DNA from: a virus
Lineage: Duplodnaviria; Caudoviricetes
DNA length: 64,000 nt
Reading direction: 5' to 3' (one strand)
IMG/VR virus record: IMGVR_UViG_3300047321_000298
Coordinates: 96,001-160,000 of that record
The translations under genes and the position numbers were made by a program. Positions within the stretch are counted from its first letter, which is position 1. Each line of letters starts with the position of its first letter. Below the pieces are notes generated by a model. The model was not told the origin of the DNA. It saw nothing but the letters and a program-made list of their open reading frames with translations, and searched no databases. Positions 35,956-45,197 of this stretch are shown piece after piece.

Positions 35956-36258
35956 ATGATCTACGCTCCCGAACTTGGCCAAGTTGCTGAAGCCCGCGTT
36001 TTCAACATTGAACACAACTACGGCTCCAGCTACAACGTGGTGTGGAAGGCCGAAGACGACGTGTGCGCGCGTGAGGTTCTTCGCAAGCTGCGTATTCGCC
36101 CCGCGTTCCGCAGTGAGTTCGAACTGCGCCCTCTGGGTTGCGGCAACCTCTGGAGCGAACGTCTTGGTTCGGACGTGTACCAAATCCTGGTGACGAGCGC
36201 CGCTTATCGCAAGCTCTCCGACATCGACGTTGCAGCGATCCTCGAACTTCTGGACTGA
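35956..36258 (+). CDS. early hypothetical protein
   Basis: AGGGG RBS after cassette at 35889. Confidence 0.75.
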   Translation: MIYAPELGQVAEARVFNIEHNYGSSYNVVWKAEDDVCAREVLRKLRIRPAFRSEFELRPLGCGNLWSERLGSDVYQILVTSAAYRKLSDIDVAAILELLD

Positions 36259-36261
36259 TAC

Positions 36262-36426
36262 ATGTACACGATTCAACTTGAAAACGGCGAAACCTTGATC
36301 AATGGTCTTGATGACAGCGGGCTCGATAACTGGTGGGCCGCGAATCAGAATCAATATTTCGGGCTTCGTGTGGAGAACGGCAACACAATCATCGTTTGCC
36401 GGACCTCGATTCCGTTGACCAACTAA
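36262..36426 (+). CDS. small hypothetical protein (54 aa)
   Basis: Translated by hand; fills the gap between ORFs. Confidence 0.5.
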   Translation: MYTIQLENGETLINGLDDSGLDNWWAANQNQYFGLRVENGNTIIVCRTSIPLTN

Positions 36427-36427
36427 G

Positions 36428-36685
36428 GTGGCGCGTATGCCCAAGCTCTCTGTTCCGACTCCAAGTGATCTTATGCGCATGCTCGATAACGCAGGCGTCG
36501 AAGGCGTGCTTAGATCGTCGTTCCTGCCTCTGGAGCAGCGTCACGGTACGCGACTATTCCTATCGTATGAAAACGGCTGGTATCGCGTCCATACGCGTTT
36601 TGAAAACTTCTTCCAGCGCCGTACCCTGCAACCGGCCGCCGATTACTACGAGCGCGTTTTGTTGGGCACTCAGGAGCTTCCTTAA
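36428..36685 (+). CDS. small hypothetical protein
   Basis: 85 aa. Confidence 0.6.
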   Translation: MARMPKLSVPTPSDLMRMLDNAGVEGVLRSSFLPLEQRHGTRLFLSYENGWYRVHTRFENFFQRRTLQPAADYYERVLLGTQELP

Positions 36686-36747
36686 CCAGGGCAACGCAGC
36701 CCGCGACCGCGCAGCCGACCAAACAACCAGCCCGTAAGAGAGGCCCC

Positions 36748-37038
36748 ATGCCTGAATTCAAAGTACGCTACTGCAAGCCTGCTCCTATCACCCTCAAACG
36801 TTGGCTCGACGCTAACGCAGACAAGGTAGAAGAGTTCGACAAGGGCCATGGGTACTGCGGAGACCGCTATCACGATTTCGCCTACGATATCCTGCTTCGC
36901 GCCGGATGGCGCATGTGCGATGACTACGTACACACGCTCATCGAGCAGACCGTAGCTGACATGCTCTCGCAATTACGTTCCATCGTGCCCTGCGACTGCG
37001 ATGAGTGTCAGGAACGCAAGCAGGAGCAAACGAAATGA
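36748..37038 (+). CDS. hypothetical protein with C-terminal CxCxxC
   Basis: GAGG RBS, 96 aa. Confidence 0.7.
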   Translation: MPEFKVRYCKPAPITLKRWLDANADKVEEFDKGHGYCGDRYHDFAYDILLRAGWRMCDDYVHTLIEQTVADMLSQLRSIVPCDCDECQERKQEQTK

Positions 37039-37286
37039 AATGCGATGTAAAGCTGTTCAACGAGATTCTGGAGACGCGGTCCATGACCCTGATCCAGCAT
37101 CAGATTGACGAAAAGATGACGGGGCTCGACCTCATCGAGCGCTATGATCGGGAAGCATTCACAAGGATTCTGAGCACAAACGACCTCGATGAGGTGTACT
37201 TGATCTGTCATGAGCGGCTGACTGACTACCACAGGGAGCAGTGCCTGGTTCTGAAAGAGTGGTTGAATAAAAAGAAATCTTGTTGA
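37035..37286 (+). CDS. hypothetical protein
   Basis: AGGAG RBS, 83 aa. Confidence 0.65.
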   Translation: MKCDVKLFNEILETRSMTLIQHQIDEKMTGLDLIERYDREAFTRILSTNDLDEVYLICHERLTDYHREQCLVLKEWLNKKKSC

Positions 37287-37310
37287 CGTTCTGTGCAGGA
37301 CCTGTATAAT
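37283..37310 (+). promoter_or_regulatory. early promoter cassette
   Basis: TTGACG-ttctgtgcaggacctg-TATAAT. Confidence 0.8.
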
Positions 37311-37352
37311 CGTTTCTGTAGCAGGACAGATCAAACGAACCAGGAGCGGAAG

Positions 37353-37697
37353 ATGAGCCAAGTCGAATACACCAAGGAAGAACGGATGCAAATCGCTAAC
37401 ACTATCATCCAACAACTCGGTGGTCCCGGCCGCCTCAAGGCCATGGCCGGTTGCAAGGACTTCACAGCGATTGACGCGGGTGTTCAATTTGGTATCGGCA
37501 GGAACGCGGCAGGGATCAACAAGGCAATCATCAAGCTCCGCGCTGACGACACCTACGATGTCGAATTTGGCACCGTTCGTATGAACCGGAAGACTTTCGA
37601 GTGCACTTGGACTGTGAAGGACAAGACCGAAGGCGCGTACGCTGACATGCTCAAGAGCCTCTTCGAGCGCGCAACCGGAATGTATCTCACGTTCTAA
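37353..37697 (+). CDS. conserved mobile-element hypothetical protein
   Basis: ANTIIQQLGG...AMAGCK pattern common in phages/plasmids; AGGAG RBS after cassette at 37283. Confidence 0.8.
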   Translation: MSQVEYTKEERMQIANTIIQQLGGPGRLKAMAGCKDFTAIDAGVQFGIGRNAAGINKAIIKLRADDTYDVEFGTVRMNRKTFECTWTVKDKTEGAYADMLKSLFERATGMYLTF

Positions 37698-37804
37698 AAC
37701 CAAGGCCGTCAATGGAATGTCTTTCATCGCATGGCACGGATGGGACCGGTTCGCCGATCCTATAATCGTATTCAAGATCAACGCAACAAAGAAAGGTGAT
37801 TCAA

Positions 37805-37981
37805 ATGACCGAAGCCGAACAAATAAACCAACTTCGTAACGCACTTGAAACGCTTGTTGAGCTTCACGCTAATTGGGATAAAGGAACGGCGTATATTCCG
37901 GTTGCATTTATGCACAAGAATAACGCTGCTATTGCCGCCGCGCGTGAAGCGATGCGCAACAGTCAAACGCGAATCGGTTAA
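37805..37981 (+). CDS. small hypothetical protein
   Basis: AAGGTG RBS, 58 aa. Confidence 0.6.
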   Translation: MTEAEQINQLRNALETLVELHANWDKGTAYIPVAFMHKNNAAIAAAREAMRNSQTRIG

Positions 37982-38053
37982 GTAATCGCAATGGACCTGC
38001 TAACGGTCATTTGTGCAAGGGGCCTGCGGGCCCTCGCGTTTATCCAGCGCTCT

Positions 38054-38061
38054 AGTAAATA
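38054..38061 (+). promoter_or_regulatory. AGTAAATA box
   Basis: Upstream of structured non-coding stretch. Confidence 0.5.
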
Positions 38062-38370
38062 AGAAGTAAGAACAGCATACAGAGGGCATCATGTGGTCCA
38101 TTGTTTCGGTGCTGCGGATGGTATTTGCGGTGTGCGTACCGTACGCCCCGTGGCGTGATTTAACTTCTACTGCGGCATCAGCGTGCAGCCGCAGGAATAG
38201 CCGGGGTTGCAGGCCCCTCCAACAGGAATATGGCTAGCTGCTGCGGCTGTAATGGACGCACCCAGCACAGCCGCTTCCATGAACCTAGAGAAAGGTCTAC
38301 TATGGGACTGGTGGCCGCTCATTGACTCATGCGTTAACCTAACGGAGCACATGAGGGGCCGTCACCGGGG

Positions 38371-38403
38371 AAAAGCCGCGAGCCTAAAAACTTGCGGCTT
38401 TTT
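38371..38403 (+). terminator. rho-independent terminator
   Basis: AAAAGCCGCGAG-cctaaaaa-CTTGCGGCTTTTT. Confidence 0.75.
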
Positions 38404-38415
38404 CTTAATCTCTTG

Positions 38416-38443
38416 TTGACGTTTTGTGCATCAAGCGTATAAT
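38416..38443 (+). promoter_or_regulatory. early promoter cassette
   Basis: TTGACG-ttttgtgcatcaagcg-TATAAT. Confidence 0.8.
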
Positions 38444-38484
38444 CGATTCTGTAGTGCTGATCAACCTGATCCGGGAGTGTAGAA

Positions 38485-39693
38485 ATGCTGACAGTCGCTG
38501 AATACCGCGTTGGTGAATTCCAGAAGAAAATCGAAACATTCAACCGGAAGGCTGCAAAGCTTCAACTCCCCGCAATCTCGTACCGCCAGGTCGATAGCTT
38601 CATCAAGACCATCACGCCTGTCGTTGGCCAGGACGAAGAGGGCCGCGTGATCCAGGGTGAACCGTTCGACATTGTGATGTTCAACTACGAACTCGAAGGT
38701 GCGCTACCCCGGATCAACGGCTGGGCCTTTCACTCACGTGTCGAGCCGACTGACGAGGAAGGCGTGAACCTGGTATACGCAGCGCCCGGATTCGAAGCTG
38801 TTGAGCGTCTGCGCTCCACTCCGATGATCTGCGAGCACTGCAACCGTAACCGTAAGCGCTCGCTGGTGTACCTGCTGCAGAATGCAGAGACGGGCGAACA
38901 GAAGATCGTTGGCAAGTCCTGCCTGAAAGATTTCCTCCCTGACGCGGGAATCGAAAATCTTCTGGCTTACCTTGAATACCTGAAGAAGGTTGAAGAATTC
39001 GAGGAAGACGAAGACTACGAACGCATGCGTTTCAACGCTGTATACGACACGGAACGGGCCATTGCAGAGGCTCTGGTACTGATCAAGCGTAACGGCTACG
39101 TGTCGAAGAAGTTGAGCGCCGAAAAGCCTGATTTGATCCCCACGGCCGTATTTATGGGTCGCAAGGATCAGAAGGAAGCAAACAAGCTGTACACGGCGGA
39201 AGAAATCCGGGCGCAGTTCAGCAATGATGAGCTTGAAGCCCTGGCAGGTTGTGAAGTGCGTAACGTGATCGACTATGTGAATTCGCAAAATCCTGATCGT
39301 TCGGATTTCATCTACAACCTGCAAACGATCATGGTCCAGAAGGCATGCCCGTCCCGGATGTTCCCGTTCGTTGCGGCCGGGGTCCAGATGTATCTCAAGT
39401 CGCTCGAAAACAAAGCGAAGAAGGAAGCGAAGTCGAACGAGCACCTTGGTCAGATTGGCGTACGTTCCGATTTCATGGGGCTGACCGTAGTTCGTGTGAC
39501 TCCTGTCGAAGGTGCATACAACATGACCTACATCACGGGCTTCGAGGATGAGCAGGGTAACTCGATAGTGTGGTTCGCATCGAAGCGGATTGCAGAAGTG
39601 GGTAAGACCGTGAACCTCAAAGCGACGGTCAAGAAACACGATGAGTACAAAGGCCGTAACCAGACGATCATAACGCGCGGCGCGCTTATCTAA
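38485..39693 (+). CDS. Zn-finger plus C-terminal OB-fold nucleic-acid-binding protein
   Basis: CEHC...VGKSCLKDF; C-terminal HLGQIG...VKATVKKHDEYKGRNQTIITR is OB-like. Confidence 0.8.
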   Translation: MLTVAEYRVGEFQKKIETFNRKAAKLQLPAISYRQVDSFIKTITPVVGQDEEGRVIQGEPFDIVMFNYELEGALPRINGWAFHSRVEPTDEEGVNLVYAAPGFEAVERLRSTPMICEHCNRNRKRSLVYLLQNAETGEQKIVGKSCLKDFLPDAGIENLLAYLEYLKKVEEFEEDEDYERMRFNAVYDTERAIAEALVLIKRNGYVSKKLSAEKPDLIPTAVFMGRKDQKEANKLYTAEEIRAQFSNDELEALAGCEVRNVIDYVNSQNPDRSDFIYNLQTIMVQKACPSRMFPFVAAGVQMYLKSLENKAKKEAKSNEHLGQIGVRSDFMGLTVVRVTPVEGAYNMTYITGFEDEQGNSIVWFASKRIAEVGKTVNLKATVKKHDEYKGRNQTIITRGALI

Positions 39694-39856
39694 TTACATA
39701 CACGGGGCTCTACGGAGAGCCCTGCGTTCAAAAAACCAAGATCAGACAGTAAATAAGGAAGAGAGATGAAAGCGGTTCGCGTTGCCCTGATCGTCGGCCC
39801 ATTCATGTTCGCGGCGTTTGAATTTTCGAAGTATCTTCACGTACTGGGGTTAGCAG

Positions 39857-40129
39857 GTGACCAGAAAACATATTATTGTGCGGGGCGTGACCAACGATTC
39901 GCGTACGCCCGTGGCGCTGGACCCGTCCATCGACCTGTCGAAGATCGCACGGGTTCATCATTTGCTCGATGAGAAGCTGTATCGGGAAATCGGGACCCTG
40001 CATTGGCGCTCGACTTTTCTCGAAGATAAGATGCACGATTGGGATGTGCGCCGTGGTCAGTTCTTCTACTACGCGCACTCGTGTGAAAAAGGTGATGTAG
40101 TGGACCTGGTACTGGAGATTGCAGAATGA
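39857..40129 (+). CDS. hypothetical protein
   Basis: 90 aa; 5' end ambiguous (overlapping ORF 39766-39972). Confidence 0.55.
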   Translation: MTRKHIIVRGVTNDSRTPVALDPSIDLSKIARVHHLLDEKLYREIGTLHWRSTFLEDKMHDWDVRRGQFFYYAHSCEKGDVVDLVLEIAE

Positions 40130-40401
40130 GCGATTTTTTCGGCCTGAGGGGATCGGCCAAAGAGAAGGCCGAAGATGCGCATCACGCAAAGGATGCAGCG
40201 CTGCGGACACTCGATGACGCGATTCGCTCGGTGCGTGGCGTTGCGCTCGATAAGATTGCGGCGCTCGTTCGGCTACACGGAGACACGCCGGTTTCGACCG
40301 CGACGCTTCGCGACATCCTGAACGCGTCTAACAAAGCAATTGATGCTGCAACGCGCATGTACGAAGCAAAAGTCAAACAGATCGAGGAAGCGTACAAATG
40401 A
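40126..40401 (+). CDS. hypothetical helical protein
   Basis: GGAG RBS, 91 aa. Confidence 0.7.
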   Translation: MSDFFGLRGSAKEKAEDAHHAKDAALRTLDDAIRSVRGVALDKIAALVRLHGDTPVSTATLRDILNASNKAIDAATRMYEAKVKQIEEAYK

Positions 40402-40688
40402 AAGAAGGTGATCGTCCGGCATTCCCGGCCCATAGCTTTTACAGCGACGGCTCCCCGCAACTTCCGGACGCGACGAACAGCGGGGTGACCTTGCGCGACT
40501 GGTTTGCGACGTTTGCGCCACGGCCACAGAAGTGGCAAATCGACCTAGCGATGCAGAGTGATAGGAATCGAAATCCGCACAACGACTCGCATAAACCTCC
40601 GATCAGATCGCAGACGGAGGTGATCGCCGCCCTACGTTACGACTACGCAGATGCGATGATCAAAGCCCGTAGCTCGAACCGGAAATAG
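40398..40688 (+). CDS. conserved phage hypothetical protein
   Basis: G..AFP...GVTLRDWFA...ADAMIKAR pattern. Confidence 0.75.
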   Translation: MKEGDRPAFPAHSFYSDGSPQLPDATNSGVTLRDWFATFAPRPQKWQIDLAMQSDRNRNPHNDSHKPPIRSQTEVIAALRYDYADAMIKARSSNRK

Positions 40689-40763
40689 ACGTTGTTCTGA
40701 TGTCGTTGACCGTTGTCACTTTGTGCATTACACTGGGCACGTGATTGATAGCCCCGCGCGTAA

Positions 40764-41183
40764 ATGAATCTTGAACTGATCCCGTTTGATCCCGTCAAGG
40801 CCGCCCATGGGGCCCAGGTCATGACGCGCGATTTTCGCAAGGTTGACTTCGAAGTTTATAACCCCCGGCTCAAAGAACCGGTCCGGTGCCGCGCCATCAT
40901 CGGCAGCACGTTGAACCCGCTGACGTTTTTCGAGAATGGCCGCCGCGTTCTGGAAAAAGAAACGAAGGACGATCTTTTCCTGACTGCTCCCCGGACTATC
41001 GAGGGCGAAGCGGAACCGGATGTGCAAATCGTTGCGCTTGTCGTGGATATGGCGAGCAAACAGAAGGGCGGAAAGCGGACAGTCAAGAAGATGACGCCTG
41101 AGCAGTTCGGACATGTCGCAACCCCCGAACAGATCGCGAAGGCCCTGAAGAACGTCCAACAACGGACCCGGAAAGAAAAATGA
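40764..41183 (+). CDS. hypothetical protein
   Basis: 139 aa. Confidence 0.7.
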   Translation: MNLELIPFDPVKAAHGAQVMTRDFRKVDFEVYNPRLKEPVRCRAIIGSTLNPLTFFENGRRVLEKETKDDLFLTAPRTIEGEAEPDVQIVALVVDMASKQKGGKRTVKKMTPEQFGHVATPEQIAKALKNVQQRTRKEK

Positions 41184-41554
41184 GCACCGAGTTTCTGATT
41201 CGCCAAAAGATCAAAGCGCTGAACGGCGCTCGGTACGAGCTAGAGAACGGTGGGGCTCTGACCTTGTGCAACGCCCTGAGCAACACGCTCAACGGCCCGC
41301 ACCCGAAGAACGTGCACATTCCGGTTCAGTGGTGGAACGAGACGTACAAGCAAGGCGTGCGGGAACTCACGAGCTATATGCGCGCTGCGATCAAGCCCCA
41401 TCGAGACCTGAGCGGCTGGCTGAAGGCAAACGGAATGCCAGGCGACTATGTGAGTACGTTCAAGGCCCGTTTTTCATGGCTCGAATGGATGTGGCTTTGC
41501 CTGAAAGAAGACCTCGCAGAATTGGAGAGCGCGAAGAGTGAAGCAGTCACCTGA
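41180..41554 (+). CDS. hypothetical protein
   Basis: 124 aa, coupled. Confidence 0.7.
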   Translation: MSTEFLIRQKIKALNGARYELENGGALTLCNALSNTLNGPHPKNVHIPVQWWNETYKQGVRELTSYMRAAIKPHRDLSGWLKANGMPGDYVSTFKARFSWLEWMWLCLKEDLAELESAKSEAVT

Positions 41555-41732
41555 TCAACCAAATCCCTACATCGTTGCTTTTGTCGTGCAGCTAGCTAGG
41601 TCCGGCAACTACACCGCCCGCCAGATAACGACTGTGACGCGGTCCGAATTCGTGGGATCGGCAAGTCTTCCGGAAATTAACGCAGCTATAAAGAACGCAG
41701 CAGATCGGCTGCTTAAACAGCATGAGCGCTAA
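41538..41732 (+). CDS. small hypothetical protein
   Basis: 64 aa. Confidence 0.55.
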   Translation: MKQSPDQPNPYIVAFVVQLARSGNYTARQITTVTRSEFVGSASLPEINAAIKNAADRLLKQHER

Positions 41733-41964
41733 GATGAAAGAGCGAACTAAAGAAGAATTCACGGCCCGCTTTCGCGGAGTTGCTCCCCACAAGGTAGCAC
41801 GGGCTCTTACGGCGTTGGTCCCAGGCATTAGCTTTAGCGGCTGTTCAAAGGGTCACCTTGCCGACGTGTGGGTTTCGTGTCTAACGAGTCACGGTTACGA
41901 AAAGGTACGCCACGTCGAACTGGATGACCTCGAAGCGAAAATCAAGGATTTCTACCCGAAATGA
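41722..41964 (+). CDS. small hypothetical protein
   Basis: 80 aa. Confidence 0.6.
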   Translation: MSAKMKERTKEEFTARFRGVAPHKVARALTALVPGISFSGCSKGHLADVWVSCLTSHGYEKVRHVELDDLEAKIKDFYPK

Positions 41965-42131
41965 AAGCCAAGCTACTAGAGAAACCGGACGGCTACACGA
42001 GCCGTTACTACGAGGTCACGGTCGGCAAGGAGTATACGGTACTCGATACACGGGGTTCGTGCTTCCTGATCCGTGATGACACTGGGGAAGAAGCAACAAT
42101 CGCAACCGCCAGGTTCGAGGTAACTGGATGA
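41961..42131 (+). CDS. small SH3-like hypothetical protein (56 aa)
   Basis: Translated by hand: ...VTVGKEYTVLDTRGSCFLIRDDTGEE...RFEV. Confidence 0.6.
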   Translation: MKAKLLEKPDGYTSRYYEVTVGKEYTVLDTRGSCFLIRDDTGEEATIATARFEVTG

Positions 42132-42174
42132 TCGAACAACTGCGGACCTGACTCTGTCGGCACGCGCAAAGAAA

Positions 42175-42197
42175 AGGAGCCATTGGGCTCCTTTTTT
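42175..42197 (+). terminator. rho-independent terminator
   Basis: GGAGCC-ATTG-GGCTCC-TTTTTT. Confidence 0.8.
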
Positions 42198-42219
42198 ATT
42201 TGGAAATCTAAGCTGCTCC

Positions 42220-42227
42220 AGTAAATA
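42220..42227 (+). promoter_or_regulatory. AGTAAATA box
   Basis: Upstream of ter cluster. Confidence 0.55.
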
Positions 42228-42271
42228 GGCTAGTGAAACACCCCTCAACCCGCAACTAGCCTGGGGCAGTC

Positions 42272-43387
42272 ATGAAAGAAAGTCCGTTCGCACGCAAATC
42301 CAGCGTGGCGGCTCCCGTAGTCCCCCTTCATCAGGACACTAGCGAAAACGCGCTGGCCGTCCGTCAATCCACGTTCGTAGCCGGAAAATCAAAGGCGCTG
42401 CCCGTCATCCGCTGGACAAGCGATGACATCGACCGCATTGGCTCAGAAGCCTCGAAGCGCAACACAGCGCTCACGGATCGCGTTACGAAGAAGATGACGT
42501 TGAACCGCTTGGGCGACATCGGCAGTCTACTGGCCGATCTTCAAACGAAAGCGAACGGGATGGAACCCGGCAATCTGCTCAACAAGGGCGGAGTCTTTGG
42601 CTGGTTTCAGCAAAAGTTCGTGGACATCCGCAAGGAACTCACTATCCGTTTCACGACCGTCGATGAAGCATTCGAAAAGCTCGTCGGTGGTATTTCTGCG
42701 CACGTCGGTGTGCTGCGCGAATGGGAAAAAGACGATGACGTGATGTACGCGGAGAACTATGAGCGCTTCCGCGACTTCCTGCAATCGAAGAACGAAATCG
42801 AAGCGGTGATCGCGGAACTGACTGCAGCGGTTAATGCATGGCCCGATGCCGATCCTGCCGACCCAGAGGCTGTGATGAAAGCGCAGCAACGGCTGGCCGC
42901 ACAGGAACTGCTCAACCGCGCTGAGGTGCGTCGCGAAAGCATCTTGCGGAGCATGACGAAATGCGAGACGAACGGCCCGGAAATTCTGATGATGAAATCC
43001 GTGTCCTCGAAGCTGATCGCGAAGTTCACGGCCGACGCGACCGACATCGTTCCCGAAATCAAACGCGAAATCGCGAAGGAAATCCAGCGACTGAACACGA
43101 TGGACGCAATCGCCGTTCAGCAGGCGTTCAAGGACTTCGCCAACACGACACTGACGCAAGGCGCTCAGCGCTCAAAAGACATGGTGCTCGCTGGCAACAA
43201 GGCATTCAACGAAGCCACGATCACGACGAACACGATCAGCACAATCCAGAACTCGGTACGCGACATGGTTACAGGCGCGCAAACGATCATGGAAGAGGCG
43301 CGTGCGCGACGTGACCAGGAGCAACGCCAGATTGAAGCGAACCAAAAACTGCTGCTGGCCGATCTGCAAAAGCGCGGCGCAGTGTAA
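42272..43387 (+). CDS. toxic anion resistance protein (TelA/KlaA family)
   Basis: Helical 371-aa protein with family-like layout (RLGDIGSLLADL...GVFGWF...F.TVDE...L..D...Y..N). Confidence 0.75.
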   Translation: MKESPFARKSSVAAPVVPLHQDTSENALAVRQSTFVAGKSKALPVIRWTSDDIDRIGSEASKRNTALTDRVTKKMTLNRLGDIGSLLADLQTKANGMEPGNLLNKGGVFGWFQQKFVDIRKELTIRFTTVDEAFEKLVGGISAHVGVLREWEKDDDVMYAENYERFRDFLQSKNEIEAVIAELTAAVNAWPDADPADPEAVMKAQQRLAAQELLNRAEVRRESILRSMTKCETNGPEILMMKSVSSKLIAKFTADATDIVPEIKREIAKEIQRLNTMDAIAVQQAFKDFANTTLTQGAQRSKDMVLAGNKAFNEATITTNTISTIQNSVRDMVTGAQTIMEEARARRDQEQRQIEANQKLLLADLQKRGAV

Positions 43388-43409
43388 ATCTTTTTAACGG
43401 AGAAGAAAA

Positions 43410-44171
43410 ATGAGCGATCAGAGTTTCGTGTTGGACCTCTCGAAGTCCTTCGAACTGAATCTGGAAAAAGCGGGTGTCACAGAAATCCCGGTGTTGCGTA
43501 CGCGCGCAGCAATCGACAAGAGCGGCAGCATGAGCATGAACTTCGCACGCGGCTTTGCACAGCGCGCGGTCGATCTGTTCATCGCTGCGGCCCTCAAGTT
43601 CGATGACAACGGCGAACTGGAAATCGGTTTCTTCAACGAGAGTTTTGACGAAACGCCCGTTGCGGTGCTGGCTGATGCCGGTGTCTACATGACCACGAAG
43701 GCCCGTCATATCCGCGCAGATGGTGGCACGCGTTTCGATCCGATCATCGAATGGACGCTGGAAGAAGACACGCGAGAAGGCGCAGGCAGCACCGCTACAG
43801 AGAAGCCGGGTTTCTTCGGCCGCATGTTCGGTAAGAAGCCGGTCACGACGAAGATCGAAAGCGCGCTGCCTGAGTGTGGTCAGTACACGGGCATCATCAC
43901 TGACGGCGAACTGTCTGCGCGGGATAAGGCCCTGTTCGAAGCTAGCCTGACACGCATGAACGTGGCTGACTCGTTCTATCAGTTCATCGGCATCGGTTCC
44001 GACGTGGACAGCGACTATCTGGAGCGTGTCTGCGGGCAGTACCCGAATCTGGCTTTCGTCCAAATCGAAGACCCGCTGTCGTTCGACAATGACGAGTTCT
44101 ATGCAGAACTCTGCGGCGAAAAGCTGGTCGCGTGGATCGACCAATACAACGCAGCGCGGAGTGGCAAGTAA
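43410..44171 (+). CDS. vWA domain protein (TerF C-terminal vWA-like)
   Basis: AAIDKSGSM, FDDNGE, GGTRFDP, IITDGE, FYQFIGIG. Confidence 0.85.
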   Translation: MSDQSFVLDLSKSFELNLEKAGVTEIPVLRTRAAIDKSGSMSMNFARGFAQRAVDLFIAAALKFDDNGELEIGFFNESFDETPVAVLADAGVYMTTKARHIRADGGTRFDPIIEWTLEEDTREGAGSTATEKPGFFGRMFGKKPVTTKIESALPECGQYTGIITDGELSARDKALFEASLTRMNVADSFYQFIGIGSDVDSDYLERVCGQYPNLAFVQIEDPLSFDNDEFYAELCGEKLVAWIDQYNAARSGK

Positions 44172-45196
44172 TGAAAAAGTTGATTCTGATTCCGCTGCTC
44201 ATCGCGACGGGCGCGCTGTTCGCGCTGTGGTACAAGACGCATGATATGTCGTATCTGTACCAGGCTATCACGCTGTCCCTGATCGAAATATCGATGTCGT
44301 TCGATAACGCGGTAGCCAACGAGCGGAAGCTCCGCAACATGTCGAACTTCTGGCGCGAGATGTTCTTTTGGGTCGGTCTACCGATTGCAGTCGTTGGCAT
44401 GCGGTTCTACATTCCGCTCGAAATCGTGGCACAGATCGAAGGCATTGGTGTGAACGACGCCTACCACATGGCGATGACGAACAGCGTCCATTTTGCTGAA
44501 ACCCTAACCTCCGCGCATCAGGCAATCGCTGGGTTCGGCGGTGCGTTCTTGCTGCTGACTGCACTTGAGTTCTTCACGGGTGACGAGAAGGAGCATGTGT
44601 GGATTCCGGGCGAAGAGATTCTGTCGAAGATTGGCGTGATCAAGGGTTTGGAATTCGTCGCAGTGTTCGCAGCAACGTTGCTCGCCTATGTCGAAACGCA
44701 CAGCGTTCCCCTCGTTCTGGCTTCGCTGGCTGGTTGCATTACGTTCGTCGCAATGGGCGCACTGAAGCAGGGTATGGAGCACGTAGACGGCTGGTTGGGT
44801 GCGAGCGGTAGCTCGGTAGCTCGCGTTCTGTCTGGCGGCTTGGGCGGCTTCCTTTACCTTGAAGTGCTGGACGCGAGTTTTTCGCTCGATGGTGTTGTGG
44901 CAGCATTCGCGATTTCCAAAAACATCTGGGTGGTTGCTGTCGGTCTCGGCATCGGTGCTGCGTTCGTGCGTGAACTCACGCTATGGATGCTCAAGTCCGG
45001 GCTGACCGCATCCTTGAAGTTCCTGCCGAACGGCGCGTTCTTCTCGATCCTGGCGCTCTCGCTGTCGATGTACTACACGGCAGCACACGAACTTCCTGAG
45101 TGGTTGATTGCCGCTATGTCGGTCGGTTTCATCGTGGCCGCTGGCGTCTCGTCACTCGTTTCTAACCGTAACGCTGTCGCAACACAAGGAGCATGA
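44171..45196 (+). CDS. DUF475/TerC-family integral membrane protein
   Basis: EISMSFDNAVAN; YLEVLDASFSLDGVVAAFAIS; GLGIGAAFVRELT. Confidence 0.9.
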   Translation: MKKLILIPLLIATGALFALWYKTHDMSYLYQAITLSLIEISMSFDNAVANERKLRNMSNFWREMFFWVGLPIAVVGMRFYIPLEIVAQIEGIGVNDAYHMAMTNSVHFAETLTSAHQAIAGFGGAFLLLTALEFFTGDEKEHVWIPGEEILSKIGVIKGLEFVAVFAATLLAYVETHSVPLVLASLAGCITFVAMGALKQGMEHVDGWLGASGSSVARVLSGGLGGFLYLEVLDASFSLDGVVAAFAISKNIWVVAVGLGIGAAFVRELTLWMLKSGLTASLKFLPNGAFFSILALSLSMYYTAAHELPEWLIAAMSVGFIVAAGVSSLVSNRNAVATQGA

Positions 45197-45197
45197 C

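Noticed and set aside
38062-38403. tmRNA, RNase P RNA or SRP RNA assignment
   Set aside because: No tRNA-like ends, no GAGGAAAGUCC, no SRP domain IV consensus; kept only as an unknown ncRNA candidate.
29769-38485. CRISPR array
   Set aside because: Repeats are promoter-like, irregularly spaced by hundreds of bp, and separated by protein-coding genes; no cas genes.
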